DNA of 64,000 nt from Rhizophagus irregularis. Taxonomy: Eukaryota. The position numbers and the translations under genes were made by a program. Positions within the stretch are counted from its first letter, which is position 1. The number at the start of each line of letters is the position of its first letter. The stretch lies in contig NC_089430.1 of the NCBI RefSeq assembly GCF_026210795.1, forward strand, positions 3,906,001-3,970,000, given 5' to 3'. Shown here piece after piece: positions 24,864 to 37,899 of the stretch. The notes beneath the pieces are model-generated. The model made no database searches, was not told the origin of the DNA, and was given only the letters and a program-made list of their open reading frames with translations.

Positions 24864-26575
24864 AATTCACTCTATTAATAATGCCAATTTATTCTTTTCT
24901 AAATGTAAAGTAAATTAGAATGAAAGTTCCAATTGGAGATACTATATTTCAGCCTTTTCTTATAATATGTATTATTTATTGCCAGATATTAAATTCCTTT
25001 AAAGTAATAGACTGAAGAATTTTTTCTCTTTTTGCATGTTCATTAGAAATAGTAGTGAATTATATACTTTTTAAAAATGAATACTAGGGGTTACATACAA
25101 TGCAATAAATATAATTTGTTTCTATTTTGGAACCCCTTTTATAAAATTTTGCACATATTTTATATATTTATTCTTAGAAAAATTTTTTTGGGTAAAGTAT
25201 TCTTCTAAATGGATCATGAATACAAAAATACCATATTTTTGGTATTTCATTATCATATTTATATATTTTAAAAGGGCTAGTGCTTTTCCTATTCTTTAAT
25301 ACATTTCATATGTTTCATATGCTTCATCACAATCAGATGAAGAAATCTTAAAGTATGCATTACTATTTAAATCCATCTTGTATATTATAATAAAATATTG
25401 GTTTATATATGATTATATCTTCTCAGGCTATGCTAATTTTATATTTACATGCATATAATCAGTTTGTGAATCTCTTGTGATTAACAGGGGATTATGACGT
25501 ATATCATATCGTTCCATGTGGCACTATCATGACGTCAAGTTGTTTCTCAAAATCACGAGATGATTGGCTAATCAGGTTTCAGATTTTTTCTTTAACCGGA
25601 TAAGCAGGAAATAAAATACACGTGAAAGGAATACCTATCTTTTCTGATGGTAGTCTGGACACAGTGTCCGGGCTCGTCAAAATTGCGCAGAAGAATGAAT
25701 CATCTAGCGCAGTAGACAGCAAATTCTTTTTATTTGAAATCTTATTGAAAGTTATGGCGATCAATTTATTATATTTAACACAAAAAAAAAAAGCCCGATA
25801 GCATCATAGTAATGCTCTATTAATATATGTTTTGAAATTCACGTGCAAGAAAATACCTCTGATGAGTCTAGACATGGTCATTCAAAATTACACAGAAAGA
25901 GATGGTATAGTACTAAAGCTATAAAGGGTTAATCCATTTTAGCGTCGGCAAAAAGTTTATCAGATTACATTTCTGGTGGTAAAAGTCATTATATCAAACT
26001 TTGTTTTAAGATTTCGGCCATTTTTCATCCTTAGTTAGATTTAAGATGAAACCGCCCGGAGGGATGGATTTTATCCGCAACTGCGCCTGTGCTCTGGATT
26101 AATTCCTCCCTGGCCAGCCTTAGTTTAATTTCTCTCTAGTTTAATTCCTGCTAAAAGTGCTTCGAAGAATTTTTTTCCATCAACAAGGTATAGCTTTGCT
26201 TTGAGAGTGTAAAAGCAATCTTTCTTACCATAAATGTGGAAATTTTCATCAAGCAACCCCAAATCTTGTTCTTTCACTCAATTGAAGTTTGCCATTTTTT
26301 AATGTAGTGCATCATTATACTTCCTCAAAGCCATTTTGTGTGTGGTTTTTTCTGTGCATGCTGTGAGGAATTGCTGGTGAATGAGTTTCAGGTGATCACA
26401 GACTCTGCGCAGAAAATCACAATTTTTATGTGTGACACCCCGATGTCATGCAATATGCGAACGATTTAAAAAATGAAATTATCATATGTTTATTAAAATA
26501 CATGTACAGTTAGTTTACTATCTTGATATTTCTTGGTGTAGTCAATCAACAATAAATAAATTAATTAATATAGCA

Positions 26576-28282
26576 TCATGTAAGGTGGTTATACCTAAAA
26601 GAAATATTTAATAGCTCATGCACTCGATGTGTATGAGCATATTGCGAGAATGAAACATCAACATTATCTACGTCCTGCCCTCTGAAAAAATGATTCTGCC
26701 AATTATCTTTTACTCTCCTCGCCAAAAACACATTAGAAATATTATGCGGGTGCTTAAAAATCTGGTCATATCGGAAATACCCAGATGGATCAATAGCCGG
26801 TCCAGATTCCAGAATCATCTTTCGAGCATCAATCAAAATCTTGCGACGAACTCTACTATCATCATAGTCTGCGATATGTCCACCAAAGACTTCTGTTACC
26901 CAATTCATTGATGACATTACGTGAACCGTATTGCTTCCTGAACAAGCTTTAATCAATTTGTGAAAATCGCGTGCACGAAAAAAATCGCAAATATTACTCC
27001 AAGACATTGTTGATGCATTCAATTGCTTAATTGAATTTAACAACTCGGAATCATCACTAACCATTTGAAAATGCAGGTAGATTTCCATCATTTCTATAGG
27101 CGGTGATAACCAAGTGCAAACTTTTGCAATTGCATCTTCAAGGAAATTGCAAAGTGCATCTAAAAAACTAGTATTTTCACGTTGATATTTAGGTAGAATA
27201 GCATTCACTGGCATCATATGAAGCATAAATTCGCTTGCCGAGTGTGGTGAAATCCCATCATTGCAGTTAAACATCGTAATACTTGCAACTAGATTTTTTG
27301 GTTGTTGGTCATTCATGAGTGGAAACTCACCAGTAAGGATATGACGCGCGACTTGTACACGATCTCGCGGTTCAACAAGATTTGGAACAATAGCAAATAT
27401 GCTGTCTGTTTTATCAAAAGTACTTGCCCAAAGATCATGTGCATTTTTCCGGGATTTCGGCGAGCTAACTGACTGACACCAGTGAGAAATCAACGATCTA
27501 ACTTCCGGGTGAAGCTCTTTTTTAGTAGGGTTTGGTGGTTTGTCATTCGGTGCATTTTCAAATTGCAAGACATTCTTGGCAGCAATCTTAAAGTAATTTA
27601 AAGTTTCAACTGTCCAAACAGTAGAAAGCCAAACTTCTATGATTGACCGAACTGGTGCCTTTCTCATCATCATTTCCACAATCACATTGGTCTTTGCAAC
27701 CGCATAAACAGATCCTTCATAACCAATAAATTTGTTTGGCTGTTTCGTTGAATTCTCATTTTGTACAATTGTAGCTTGTAAAAGTAAATCTAAATCTACA
27801 AATCCGACAGCAACATGAACTTTACCTTGATTAAGTGATAGGCTTTGCTTATGCGTATTACTAAAGCTCAAAGCACATGAACCTGTATCCGAAAAATATG
27901 GTATAGCTGTTGTTCTAGCAAAAATGTCGCCAATTTGCCTGGGGGATGAGAGAAAATCTGAAAGTTCCTTTGACCATGAACGCCATCTCCCTATTTTGTT
28001 GTCTTTGAATTGTAAAATCGTATCTATGGAATCTTCATTATATTGTAGGTTTCCTTGCACATGCGCAAGGAGTTGGATTTGGTTTTTTTCACGCTGATAT
28101 TTTTCAGCATAATCTCGTTTGAAATTAGGTACAATGGCTTTAACAGCTGGTTGCTGCGTTACGCATATTTCCTTGTGATCTTTATAGTCTTGTTTTTGGC
28201 ATGCCTTAGAACAGTAATATGTTTGTTGGCATCTCGAACATCGGTCCTTGCAAGGTTTCTGGCAGACATTGCATTTATTCAT
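26576..28282 (-). CDS. Intronless 568-aa MYND zinc-finger protein with a large uncharacterised C-terminal domain
   Basis: N-terminal CNVC..CSRC..YYCSKACQKQDYKDHKEIC fits the zf-MYND consensus; long open frame; higher GC than the flanks. Confidence 0.88.
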   Translation of the reverse strand: MNKCNVCQKPCKDRCSRCQQTYYCSKACQKQDYKDHKEICVTQQPAVKAIVPNFKRDYAEKYQREKNQIQLLAHVQGNLQYNEDSIDTILQFKDNKIGRWRSWSKELSDFLSSPRQIGDIFARTTAIPYFSDTGSCALSFSNTHKQSLSLNQGKVHVAVGFVDLDLLLQATIVQNENSTKQPNKFIGYEGSVYAVAKTNVIVEMMMRKAPVRSIIEVWLSTVWTVETLNYFKIAAKNVLQFENAPNDKPPNPTKKELHPEVRSLISHWCQSVSSPKSRKNAHDLWASTFDKTDSIFAIVPNLVEPRDRVQVARHILTGEFPLMNDQQPKNLVASITMFNCNDGISPHSASEFMLHMMPVNAILPKYQRENTSFLDALCNFLEDAIAKVCTWLSPPIEMMEIYLHFQMVSDDSELLNSIKQLNASTMSWSNICDFFRARDFHKLIKACSGSNTVHVMSSMNWVTEVFGGHIADYDDSRVRRKILIDARKMILESGPAIDPSGYFRYDQIFKHPHNISNVFLARRVKDNWQNHFFRGQDVDNVDVSFSQYAHTHRVHELLNISFRYNHLT

Positions 28283-28358
28283 TGTAAAATTGGTTAACGT
28301 GTATTTTATCGGTGTTTAATATATGTTTTTATGTCGCACAGACCTAATCGCCATTACA

Positions 28359-29002
28359 TCATTGCGCAGAAATTTGTCTGAGCTGGCTCCGGGCTATCAT
28401 TAATCGGAATATACTGTAAACTTCTTGTGTATCTGATATATGGCCTGTTTCTTTAGCCCTCTGCAAGAGTAAGCTTATATCCGATCTCCTTACAAATTTT
28501 CTACATTTTTTAGCCAGTTCGATAATAACCTTCAGGCTGATAATACAGCTTATAGAATATATAAGTTTCCAATATTTAAGATGCTCCCCTCCGGATCTTC
28601 TAAACAGTTCGAGAATTACTTCTTTTTTCCATGTATAATTTATGCTATGACAATTATAAAGATCCTGTATCAGCAAATTCTTTGTATTAATTCTGGTGTA
28701 AGCTGATCAAGTAATATACATTTTATATGGTTCAAAGATTTTTTTTCAATCGGAAAAAATGATTAGTTAATAAATGAATTGCGACTAACACTGCCCGAGA
28801 ATTGGACTCCCAAATATTCACACAGCTCAGGATAATCAAACACACCTACAACCCTATCCTGTCTTTTATTTTTGACAGTGATAAAACCTGGTTGCCCTAT
28901 CATATGTGTGTTCAGATTGCATAACGGTATATACTGCATGAGGTTAGTAGTAAACTTATTCATTGTTTTGCGCTGATTATTTCTTGATTTAGCCATTACC
29001 AA
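28359..29002 (-). pseudogene. Fragmented intronless ORF(s) of unknown function upstream of the MYND gene
   Basis: Two co-oriented ORF fragments (79 and 105 aa) with coding-like composition. Confidence 0.3.
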
Positions 29003-29599
29003 CTAACTTAGCTGATTCAATTAATCTGATTGGCAATGTGCCTGAATAAAAAAATAACTGAATATTTATCGCGCCAGAAAAAAAAAACTCCTTAATCTGT
29101 TGATCTGCCGGGAGATGACCTACCCTGAATATTTATCGCACCAGAAAAAAAATATAATAATTATGTAAGCACAGCCTCCTCCAGCTTGCTTGTATGCACT
29201 GTATCAATAGTCTAGCTCACTGCCATGATCTAAACCTAATGATTTTGGTTGCAAAGTAGACAAGTAAGGCGGCAGCATAGCGGACATGCTTTTATCACTT
29301 TGCCGATCATTTGTCGATCATATAATATATCATGTCACATTAATTTTGAAGCTATGGTTAAAGCCATAAAATGCTTAGCCAAACTATACTAATGTCTTTT
29401 TAGTAGTATAATTTATGAAAAATAAAAAAAATTATATTGTCAAAGTTAACCTTAAACCGAAATTTTCAATAATTTGATATTTGCCTATATTTGCCGATCA
29501 TCTCACTGGTCGAAATTAAAAAAATCGGGACATATGGAAAATCGGCCAAAAATCAGACCAAAATTGACTAACATTATAAATCGGCACATCTGATTGATG

Positions 29600-30500
29600 C
29601 CAATCAGACAATTTGATAAAAATTCAGCAAAAAATCATTATATTTGATTGACGGCTGATTGATGCTAGTTGAAATCAAAAAAAAAATGGACAAATGGCAA
29701 ATCAACCTAAAATTTGCCCAATATTCAAATATGCACTTCCGATTTATGGAAAATTGACAATTCAATAAATATTCAATAAAAATTCAATAAAAATTCAGCA
29801 AAAAATCATTATATTTGATTGACGGCTGATTGATGCTGGTTGAAATTAAAAAAAAATGGACAAAATAGCAAATCAACCTAAAATTTGCCCAATATTCAAA
29901 TATGCACTTCCGATTTATGGAAAATTGACAATTCAATAAATATTCAATAAAAATTCAATAAAAATTCAGCAAAAAATCATTATATTTGATTGACGGCCGA
30001 TTGATGCTTGGCCAAATTAAAAAAAAAAATTGACAAAATAGCAAATCAACCTAAAATTTGCCCAATATTCAAATATGTACTTCAGATTTATGGAAAATTG
30101 ACAATTCAATAAATATTCAATAAAAATTCAATAAAAATTCAGCAAAAAATCATTATATTTGATTGACGGCTGATTGATGCTGGTTGAAATTAAAAAAAAA
30201 AATCTGACAAAATGGCAAATCAACCTAAAATTTACCCATTAATATTCAAATATGTACTTCAGATTTATGGAAAATTGACAATTCAATAAAAATTCAATAA
30301 AAATCCAACAAAAATTTGTTAAAAAATCATTATATTTGATTGACGGCTGATTGATATCAAAAAAAAATCTGACAAATTTGTAAATCAACCTAAAATTTAC
30401 AATATTCAAATATGTACTTCAGATTTATGGAAAATTAACAATTCAATAAAAATTCAATAAAAATTTAGCAAAAAATTATCATATTTGATTAACAGCTTAA
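29600..30500. repeat. ~170-175-bp tandem array (5-6 units)
   Basis: AAAAAATCATTATATTTGATTGACGGC recurs. Confidence 0.9.
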
Positions 30501-30939
30501 AATTTGCCTAATATTGTCTGATTTATGGCACTTTTATATCAAATTGCACTGGTCGAAATCAAAACTTTTGGGCATGGAAAAATTGTCTCAATTTCAGAAG
30601 TTATTCGAATAAACGATTTTTCAAAATCAACTTTATGATGTACTAAGCCGCAGCCACAGTAAAATTAATCTGGCAATTAGTTGATCTATTACCGAATTTA
30701 GACTTTATTTAAACTAAAGTTTCGAAACTTTATCTTCATCTAACTTTATTCCTAAACAAAACGGTTTTAAACGTTTTGGGATTTTTTTTTAATTTTTTAT
30801 CGGAAATAATGTTCCAATTTTTAACATTTTTATTTTTTACGAAACGTTTTTTAACTTTTCATTTAATATTTTCAATCGGAACATTAGTTAACGTTCTGAT
30901 TTTATTAATTTTTTTTTGCAAAACTATTACTTTAAAAAA

Positions 30940-32900
30940 CGTTTTCTAACATTTTTTTTTTATACTTTTAAATAGGAAATCGGCTCCTACTTGGATACCG
31001 AATTCCAAAGGTAAGTTTCGAAGAATTTCTTCGAAACTTTATAAAAAAAACGTTTTCTAACGTTTTTATACTTTTATATAGGAAATCATCTCTTACTTGG
31101 ATACCGAATTCCAAAGGTAAGTTTTGAAGAATTTCTTCGAAACTTTATAAAAAAAATGTTTTCTAACATTTTTTTTTATACTTTTATATAGGAAATCGGC
31201 TCCTACTTGGATACTGATTTCCAAAGGTAAGTTTCGAAACAAAAGTTTCGAAACTTTAAAAAACGTTTTTTAATATTACTAAAAACGTTTTTTTTTACTT
31301 TTGTATAAAAAATCAGCTCCAACGTGGACGCCGATATTCCAGATAAGTTTCGCATTTTCGAAACTTCTTTGAAAAAAATGTTTAACGTTTTTTTTTTTAA
31401 TATTATTGTAGGAATACCGTAAAGTTTCGAATTTTCGAAACTTTTTGACAAAAATTAATAAAAAACGTTTAATTTAACGTTTTTTATTATATTTTATTAT
31501 TTTTTTTTGCAGGGAAATTGGCTCCAATATGAATACCAGAATCCCGCAGGTAAAGTTTCGATTTTTCGAAACTTTTTGAAAAAAATTAATAAAAAACGTT
31601 TAATATAACATTTTTTATTATATTTTATTATTTTTTTTTGCAGGAAATCGGCTCCAATATGGATACTGGAATCCCACATGCAAAGTTTCGATTTTTCGAA
31701 ACTTTTTGAAAAAAATTAATAAAAAACGTTTAATATAACGTTTTTTATTATATTTTATTAATATTTTTGCAGGGAAATCAGCTCCAATATGGATACCGGA
31801 ATTGCACATGCAAAGTTTCGATTTTTCGAAACTTTTTGAAAAAAATTAATAAAAAATGTTTAATATAACGTTTTTTATTATATTTTATTAATATTTTTGC
31901 AGGGAAATCGGCTCCAATATGGATACTGGAATCCCACATGCAAAGTTTCGATTTTTTGAAACTTTTTGAAAAAAATTAATAAAAAAACGTTTAAATTTAA
32001 CGTTTTTTTATTATTTTTATTAATTTTTTTTGCAGAAAATCAGCTTTAAATTGGATATCGGAATCCTGCAAGTAGTTTCGATTTTCGAAACTTTTTGACG
32101 CAAATTAATAAAAAAACGTTTAAATTAACGTTTTTTTATTATTTTTATTATTTTTTTTTTGCAGGAAATCGGCTCCAAATTGGATACCGGAATCCCGCAA
32201 GTAAAGTTTCAAGTTTCGAAACTTTACGAAACTTAATAAAAAAACGTTTAAATTTAACGTTTTTTTATTATTTTTATTAATTTTTTTTGCAGGAAATCAG
32301 CTCCAAATTGGATACCGAAATCCCACAAGTAAAGTTTCGATTTTCGAAACTTTTTAACGCAAATTAATAAAAAAAAACGTTTAATTTAACGTTTTTTTTA
32401 TTATTTTTTATTATTTTTTTTTGCAGGAAATCGGCTCCAAATTGGATACCGGAATCCCGCAAGTAAAGTTTCGAAGTTTCAAAACTTTATGAAACTTAAT
32501 AAAAAAACGTTTAAATTAACGTTTTTTTATTAGATTTTATTATTTTTTTTGCAGGGAAATCGGCTCCAAATTGTACCAGAATCCCGCAGGTAAAGTTTCG
32601 TCAAAACTTTTTGACGCAAATTAATAAAAAAACGTTTAATTTAACGTTTTTTTATTATTTTTTATTATTTTTTTTTGCAGGAAATCAGCTCCAAATTGTA
32701 CCGGAATCCCGCAGGTAAAGTTTTGATTTTTCGAAACTTTTTGACGAAACTTAATAAAAATGTTTAATTTAACATTTTTTATTATATTTTATTAATTTTT
32801 TTGTATGGAAATTGGCTTCGATTTGCCATCCTACAGGTAACGTTTTGATTTTTGAAACTTGAAACTTAAAAAAAAACGTTATTTTAATGTTTTTTCTTTT
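30940..32900. repeat. ~120-130-bp tandem array (~15 units)
   Basis: GGAAATCGGCTCC..TGGATACCGGAATCCC..AAGTTTCG..CGAAACTT recurs. Confidence 0.92.
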
Positions 32901-33059
32901 TTTTTGTAGGAAAATCATCTCCAATTTGTAGAAACAAATGGGAATTAAGGAATTTAACGTATACCGGATTTGTTAGAAAGTTGGGATGATTTTTGGTGAA
33001 ATTGTTTTATATGTATATGTAATATTTTAAATTTCAGAATAAAATTTACTGTAATTTGC

Positions 33060-33290
33060 GATACAATTCAGAATACAAATCAGAATAAATTTTTTACTAC
33101 AAATCAGAATAAATTTTACTACAAATCAGAATAAATTTTACTACAAATCGGAATAAATTTTACTACAATTCAGAATAAATTTTACTACAAATCAGAATAA
33201 ATTTTACTACAAATTGGAATAAATTTTACTACAAATCAGAATAAATTTTACTATAATTTGGAATAAATTTTACTACAATTCAGAAAATTT
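33060..33290. repeat. 22-bp minisatellite (~10 copies)
   Basis: TACAAATCAGAATAAATTTTAC in tandem. Confidence 0.92.
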
Positions 33291-34234
33291 TGTCACAAAT
33301 TTACCATAATTCAGAATAAATTCACTGCAATTCGGTAAATTTATGAATAATATTTTTTAAACAATTCGGATTAAAAATATTAAGCAATTCAGATACAATT
33401 CAGACATTCTGATCGGCATCGATCGGCCTGCCAATCAGAACTTTGCCTAAATTAATAAATCGGCCATATTTATCACCAAATTCAGCCTAAAATCGGACAT
33501 CCGATTTCTAGCCGATTTGGACTATTTCGACCAGTGTCTGCTAATTTGACTTTGGAGCTTCGGGCGAAGCCACAGATTTATGGGCGAAACTTGAAATTTT
33601 CAAAATATATTATTTAGGTATTCAAGAATCAATGGCCAAAATAATCATGTAGAATTTTAGGTAATCAAAAAGTTATCATTGAGCAAATGTTTATGAATAT
33701 TATTAAAATACACATATAAACAAAATTTGTAAAAATTTATTAACTGTTTAAAGAATTTTTTTTGGTAAATTTAGTATGCAGTAAATTTAAATGAATGTTA
33801 AATTTGTCTGTAAAATTATTATTATGTAGGATTTTCAACTGAAGTAATTATAATGAAGTGATGAAATTGAATAAATGATCGATAAATGATCGACAAAATT
33901 GTGATAAAGTAAAGATGTCCGCTATGCTTAAGGCAGCGTACATCACTGGTTGAAATTAATAGTCGATCATTACTTTTTAGCTAGTTTTAGATTCTAGATA
34001 TCATATAATAACCAGATAATATTTATCAAAAATCGATCTAGCATTTAACAACCAATTGATACAGTTTCACCAAATAATAAATATTGAAATCGGCAAGAAA
34101 TCATATAATATTCAGTAAAAAAATGAACTTCCAATTTTTGTGCTAATTTTTAAATTTTATTTCCGATTTTTTATCTTCATAATAACAATTTTATAAAAAA
34201 ATAGTATAAGACTAATTTTAACACAGGTGATTAA

Positions 34235-34354
34235 CACAGGTCGAAAAGTGAAAAATCAGGCATCAATCAGTTACCAATCGGTCACCAATCAGTCACCAAT
34301 CAGCTACCTGATTGGTGACCGATTGGTGCCTGATTTTTCACTTTTTGACCTGTG
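34235..34354. mobile_element. 120-bp CACTA-like hairpin MITE
   Basis: CACAGGTC..GACCTGTG ends, TAA TSD, nearly fully palindromic. Confidence 0.8.
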
Positions 34355-34982
34355 TAACCTTGATGATTTACCTACTAGTAAATTTTATATAATTATATAA
34401 TTTTGCCTAAATTTTCAAAAAAAAAAAATGTAAATTATGATTACAATAAAAAATAGGAGACATTGTCAAAAATATAAGAAAAATTGGTCATTATACTCTA
34501 TAATATCCAAATAAATAAAATCTATATAAAGTGAAATGAATAATAATACAAATAATTTTTTTTTTAAAAAAAAATATTGATGTAAAATATAAATTTTAGG
34601 GGGTAAAGGCAGTAACATATATTAGCTAATATTATTTTAATAGTAACGTTTACTCTCCCAGGTAAGATTTTATGACCAATCACAACCATTTCATATGGTT
34701 TATATTATGTGTAACCTAAGATTTTCTTTTACTCCCCCACCCCTTAAAATATTAGCTAATATATGTCATTACCCTAATTTAACCCAGGTTATTTATATTT
34801 AACCTAGGGGCAAATTAGCAAAACTCAAAAAAATATATATTTCCTATAAAATCCTATGTAAATAACCTATAAATTGTCATCCTGTTCTTATTTCGATTAG
34901 ACGATTTTAAAGAGCTATTAATTATCTTTTTATAATCACTAAATGCAGAGAAATTAAGCAAAATGTCTAGCAGCGCAGTAAA

Positions 34983-36941
34983 TAAAGTTACCTGCCGAAA
35001 CCTATTTGGCCTAATGCCGAAAGGAGAAACTCCACATATAGTGTCGTAACTGTGAAACTGCGAAACCGTGAACCTGCCAAAACTTGTGAAACTGCCAAAA
35101 TTTGCGAAACCTTTATAACGAGTTTATCCGTAGTTTCGGCATAATAAATAATAATATTTTATATGAATTTTGGCATAATTACAGCATTCCTAATATTTTA
35201 TTTTTAATTTCAGTCTCTAATAAATTTACATGTAAATAAACAACGTTGTAATATTCTAATAATAATATTATTATTGAAAAATCCTAACAAATGCAACAGT
35301 CGTGATTTTTTTTCTGGGAATTCTACATAAAAAAAAATAAATTAATTAAATTTATCAAAAAAAAAAATAACGAAACCCTTCTCCCAGTACTTTACCTTGA
35401 TTACAAAAGTCCGGTCATATTTTTTCATCTGACAATCCTACAAAAAGAAAAAAAAATCAATTAAATTTATTAAAAAAAAATGATGAAAACACCTTCTCTG
35501 ACCCTCCCTCACCTTAATTTTAAGAGTCTGGTCATGTTTTTCATAAATTATAAAAAAATTAACGAAAAACTTTCACCAGTCCTCCTTTACCTTAATTTAT
35601 AAATCCGTACATATTTTTCGTCTGGCAATACTACAAAAAGAAAAATAAATAAGAAATTTATTAAATAAAAACAACGAAAAACCTTTTTCAGCCCCCTCCT
35701 TTACCTAAATTCCAAAGTCCAGTCATGTTTTTCGTCCAGAAATACTACAAAAAAGAAAAAAATAAATAAGTTAAATTTATTAAATAAAAAAACAATGAAA
35801 AACCTTTCCTCAGCCCCCTCTTTTATCTAAATTCCAAAGTCTGGTCATGTTTTTCGTCCGGCAATACTACAAAAAAGAAAAAAATAAATTAGTTAAATTT
35901 ATTAAAATAAAAAACAACGAAAAATCTTTCCCTCAACCCTTCCTTACCTCATTTCTAAAGTCTGGTCATATTTTTCGTCCAGAAACACTACAAAAAAGAA
36001 AAAAATAAATAAGTTAAATTTATTAAATAAAAAAACAACGTAAAACCTTCCTCGACGCCCCCTCCTTTACCTAAATCCCAGAGTCCGGTCATGTTTCATC
36101 CGAAACACTACAAAAAAGAAAAAAAAATAAATAAGCAATTTATTAAATAATAAAACAACGAAAAACCTTTCCTCAGTCATCTTTTTTATTTAAATTCCAA
36201 AGTCCGGTCATGTTTTTCGTCTGGCAACACTACAAAAAAGAAAAAAATAAATTAGTTAAATTTATTAAAATAAAAAACAATGAAAAATCTTTCCCTCAAC
36301 CCTTCCTTACCTCATTTCCAAAGTCCGGTCATGTTTTTCGTCCGGCAACCTTACAATAAAAAAAAAATAAATAAATAAATTTATTAAAATAGACCTTTTT
36401 CCGGTCCTTTCTTACTTCAAAAGTCCGGTCGTGCTTTTTGTCCAGCAACCCTACAAAACGAAAAATAAACTATTACATTTTTTAAATAAAAACTTCCTGT
36501 CTGGACCTCCTTAGTTCTTTACCTCATAATTTTTGTCCAGAAACCTCAATACAAGAAAAAAGAGATCATCAGATGATTTGTACTATGCAATCTGTCTGAT
36601 AATCTAACTTTTCTGTGCCAGATTGGCGTAAATTATTGACAATTCGATAAATTCGGCAAATTTCGGCAATTACGTCTATATAAATTCAATACAGCTGAAT
36701 ACGGCATTGCATCAAAAAAAAAATCCATGCCGAAATTAATCATAATTCATAATATTGCTGAAACTATATGTATATCATATGATGCACTACGCCGAAACAG
36801 TTACGGCAGCTTATTAGACAGTTTTGGCAGGTTTCAGCAGTTACGGCATTTTAACATTTTAGACCAATTTTGCAAAACTAGTTTCAGCAGTTTCGCATAC
36901 GCCATCTCGCCGAAACCTCCTAGTTTCGGCAAGCAACCTTA
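34983..36941. mobile_element. Non-autonomous hAT element (family A ends) with an internal ~121-bp tandem array (35300-36500)
   Basis: 8-bp TSD GCAGTAAA; ends TAAAGTTACCTGCCGAAAC / GTTTCGGCAAGCAACCTTA. Confidence 0.88.
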
Positions 36942-37255
36942 GCAGTAAATATAAATCAAGAAATATTAAAATGCCAATTTTTAACATTTCGTTAAATATC
37001 TCATCAGCCAGTAATCATAGAAAGATGAAACTACTACCATTTGATTCGTCGTAATGAAATGATTCCAACAAGCTGTATTATATCTTTTTACAATCATTAG
37101 ATGCTGAGCAATTTATTATATTCTTTACATAACTGTAACTATACATAGTACTTTTTAATATGAGATTTTTGAAAATAGGTGTGATAGTGACTATAGATGG
37201 ATTGTGACTATATAGGATAAATTTTAATAATAAAATATTTTGAACATCCAACTGG

Positions 37256-37530
37256 CAGTGTTGTCATAAGGACAGGGACATGTCCATAAGGACTTGAGGA
37301 TGGGACGGGGACGATCAGAGACAGCGTCTAAAAGATTTTAGTAATGTCCAGGACATTAAGGGGACATTAAAATCACATGATCTTAATTATAAATTATAGC
37401 CCATTAGGTGCTGTCTTGATAAGACAAATTGTAAACTTGGACAATTTTTGGACGGGATGTGGACGGGACATGGACAGGACAATGTCTGGGATATTAAAAT
37501 TTTGGCTGGACATGTCCACGTACAACACTG
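37256..37530. mobile_element. hAT-like MITE
   Basis: TIR CAGTGTTGT / ACAACACTG; CAACTGG duplicated at the flanks; GGAC/GTCC subterminal repeats. Confidence 0.8.
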
Positions 37531-37899
37531 CAACTGGTATAACTATATAGTAGAATGTGACTATAATGAAAGTGTTTATAAAGGAAGTTGACTGTAACGA
37601 ATTTTCCATTTCAGAAGATTTAGTTCAGTATAAGATGAGTTTGCTATATAATATTTACATTTTTATACTAAATTGTTTGGTATATAAAATTAGCTAATAA
37701 AAATATAGATATGTAACAGTTTTGCAATAATTTATTTATTATATGATATTACAAGACTTTATTTATTATTATATTATATGTAAAGTATATTATATACAGG
37801 AATTTATTATTTAGTATTATTGTGAAAGTGATTATGAATATCAGCCTGTTTTAGATTTTCTATAATTAGCAATTTAATTCGCTTATACAACTCTCTTAA

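Larger units (their letters stand above)
29504..33536. mobile_element. Non-autonomous CACTA/CMC element (4033 bp) filled with tandem arrays
   Basis: TIR CACTGGTCGAAAT / ATTTCGACCAGTG; 3-bp TSD TCT; an extra internal left end at 30547. Confidence 0.85.
29274..33928. mobile_element. Non-autonomous Mutator-type element hosting a CACTA element
   Basis: TIR AGCATAGCGGACAT..TTTATCAC; 9-bp TSD TAAGGCGGC / TAAGGCAGC. Confidence 0.8.
34880..37594. mobile_element. Partial copy of pogo-type element family C, split by two insertions
   Basis: Aligns to 59500-59968 once 34983-36941 and 37256-37530 are removed; right end AGTTGACTG|TA. The left end was not found. Confidence 0.75.

Noticed and set aside
31203..32280. 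Short ORFs in the ~125-bp array
   Set aside because: Repeat-derived, with no protein motifs.
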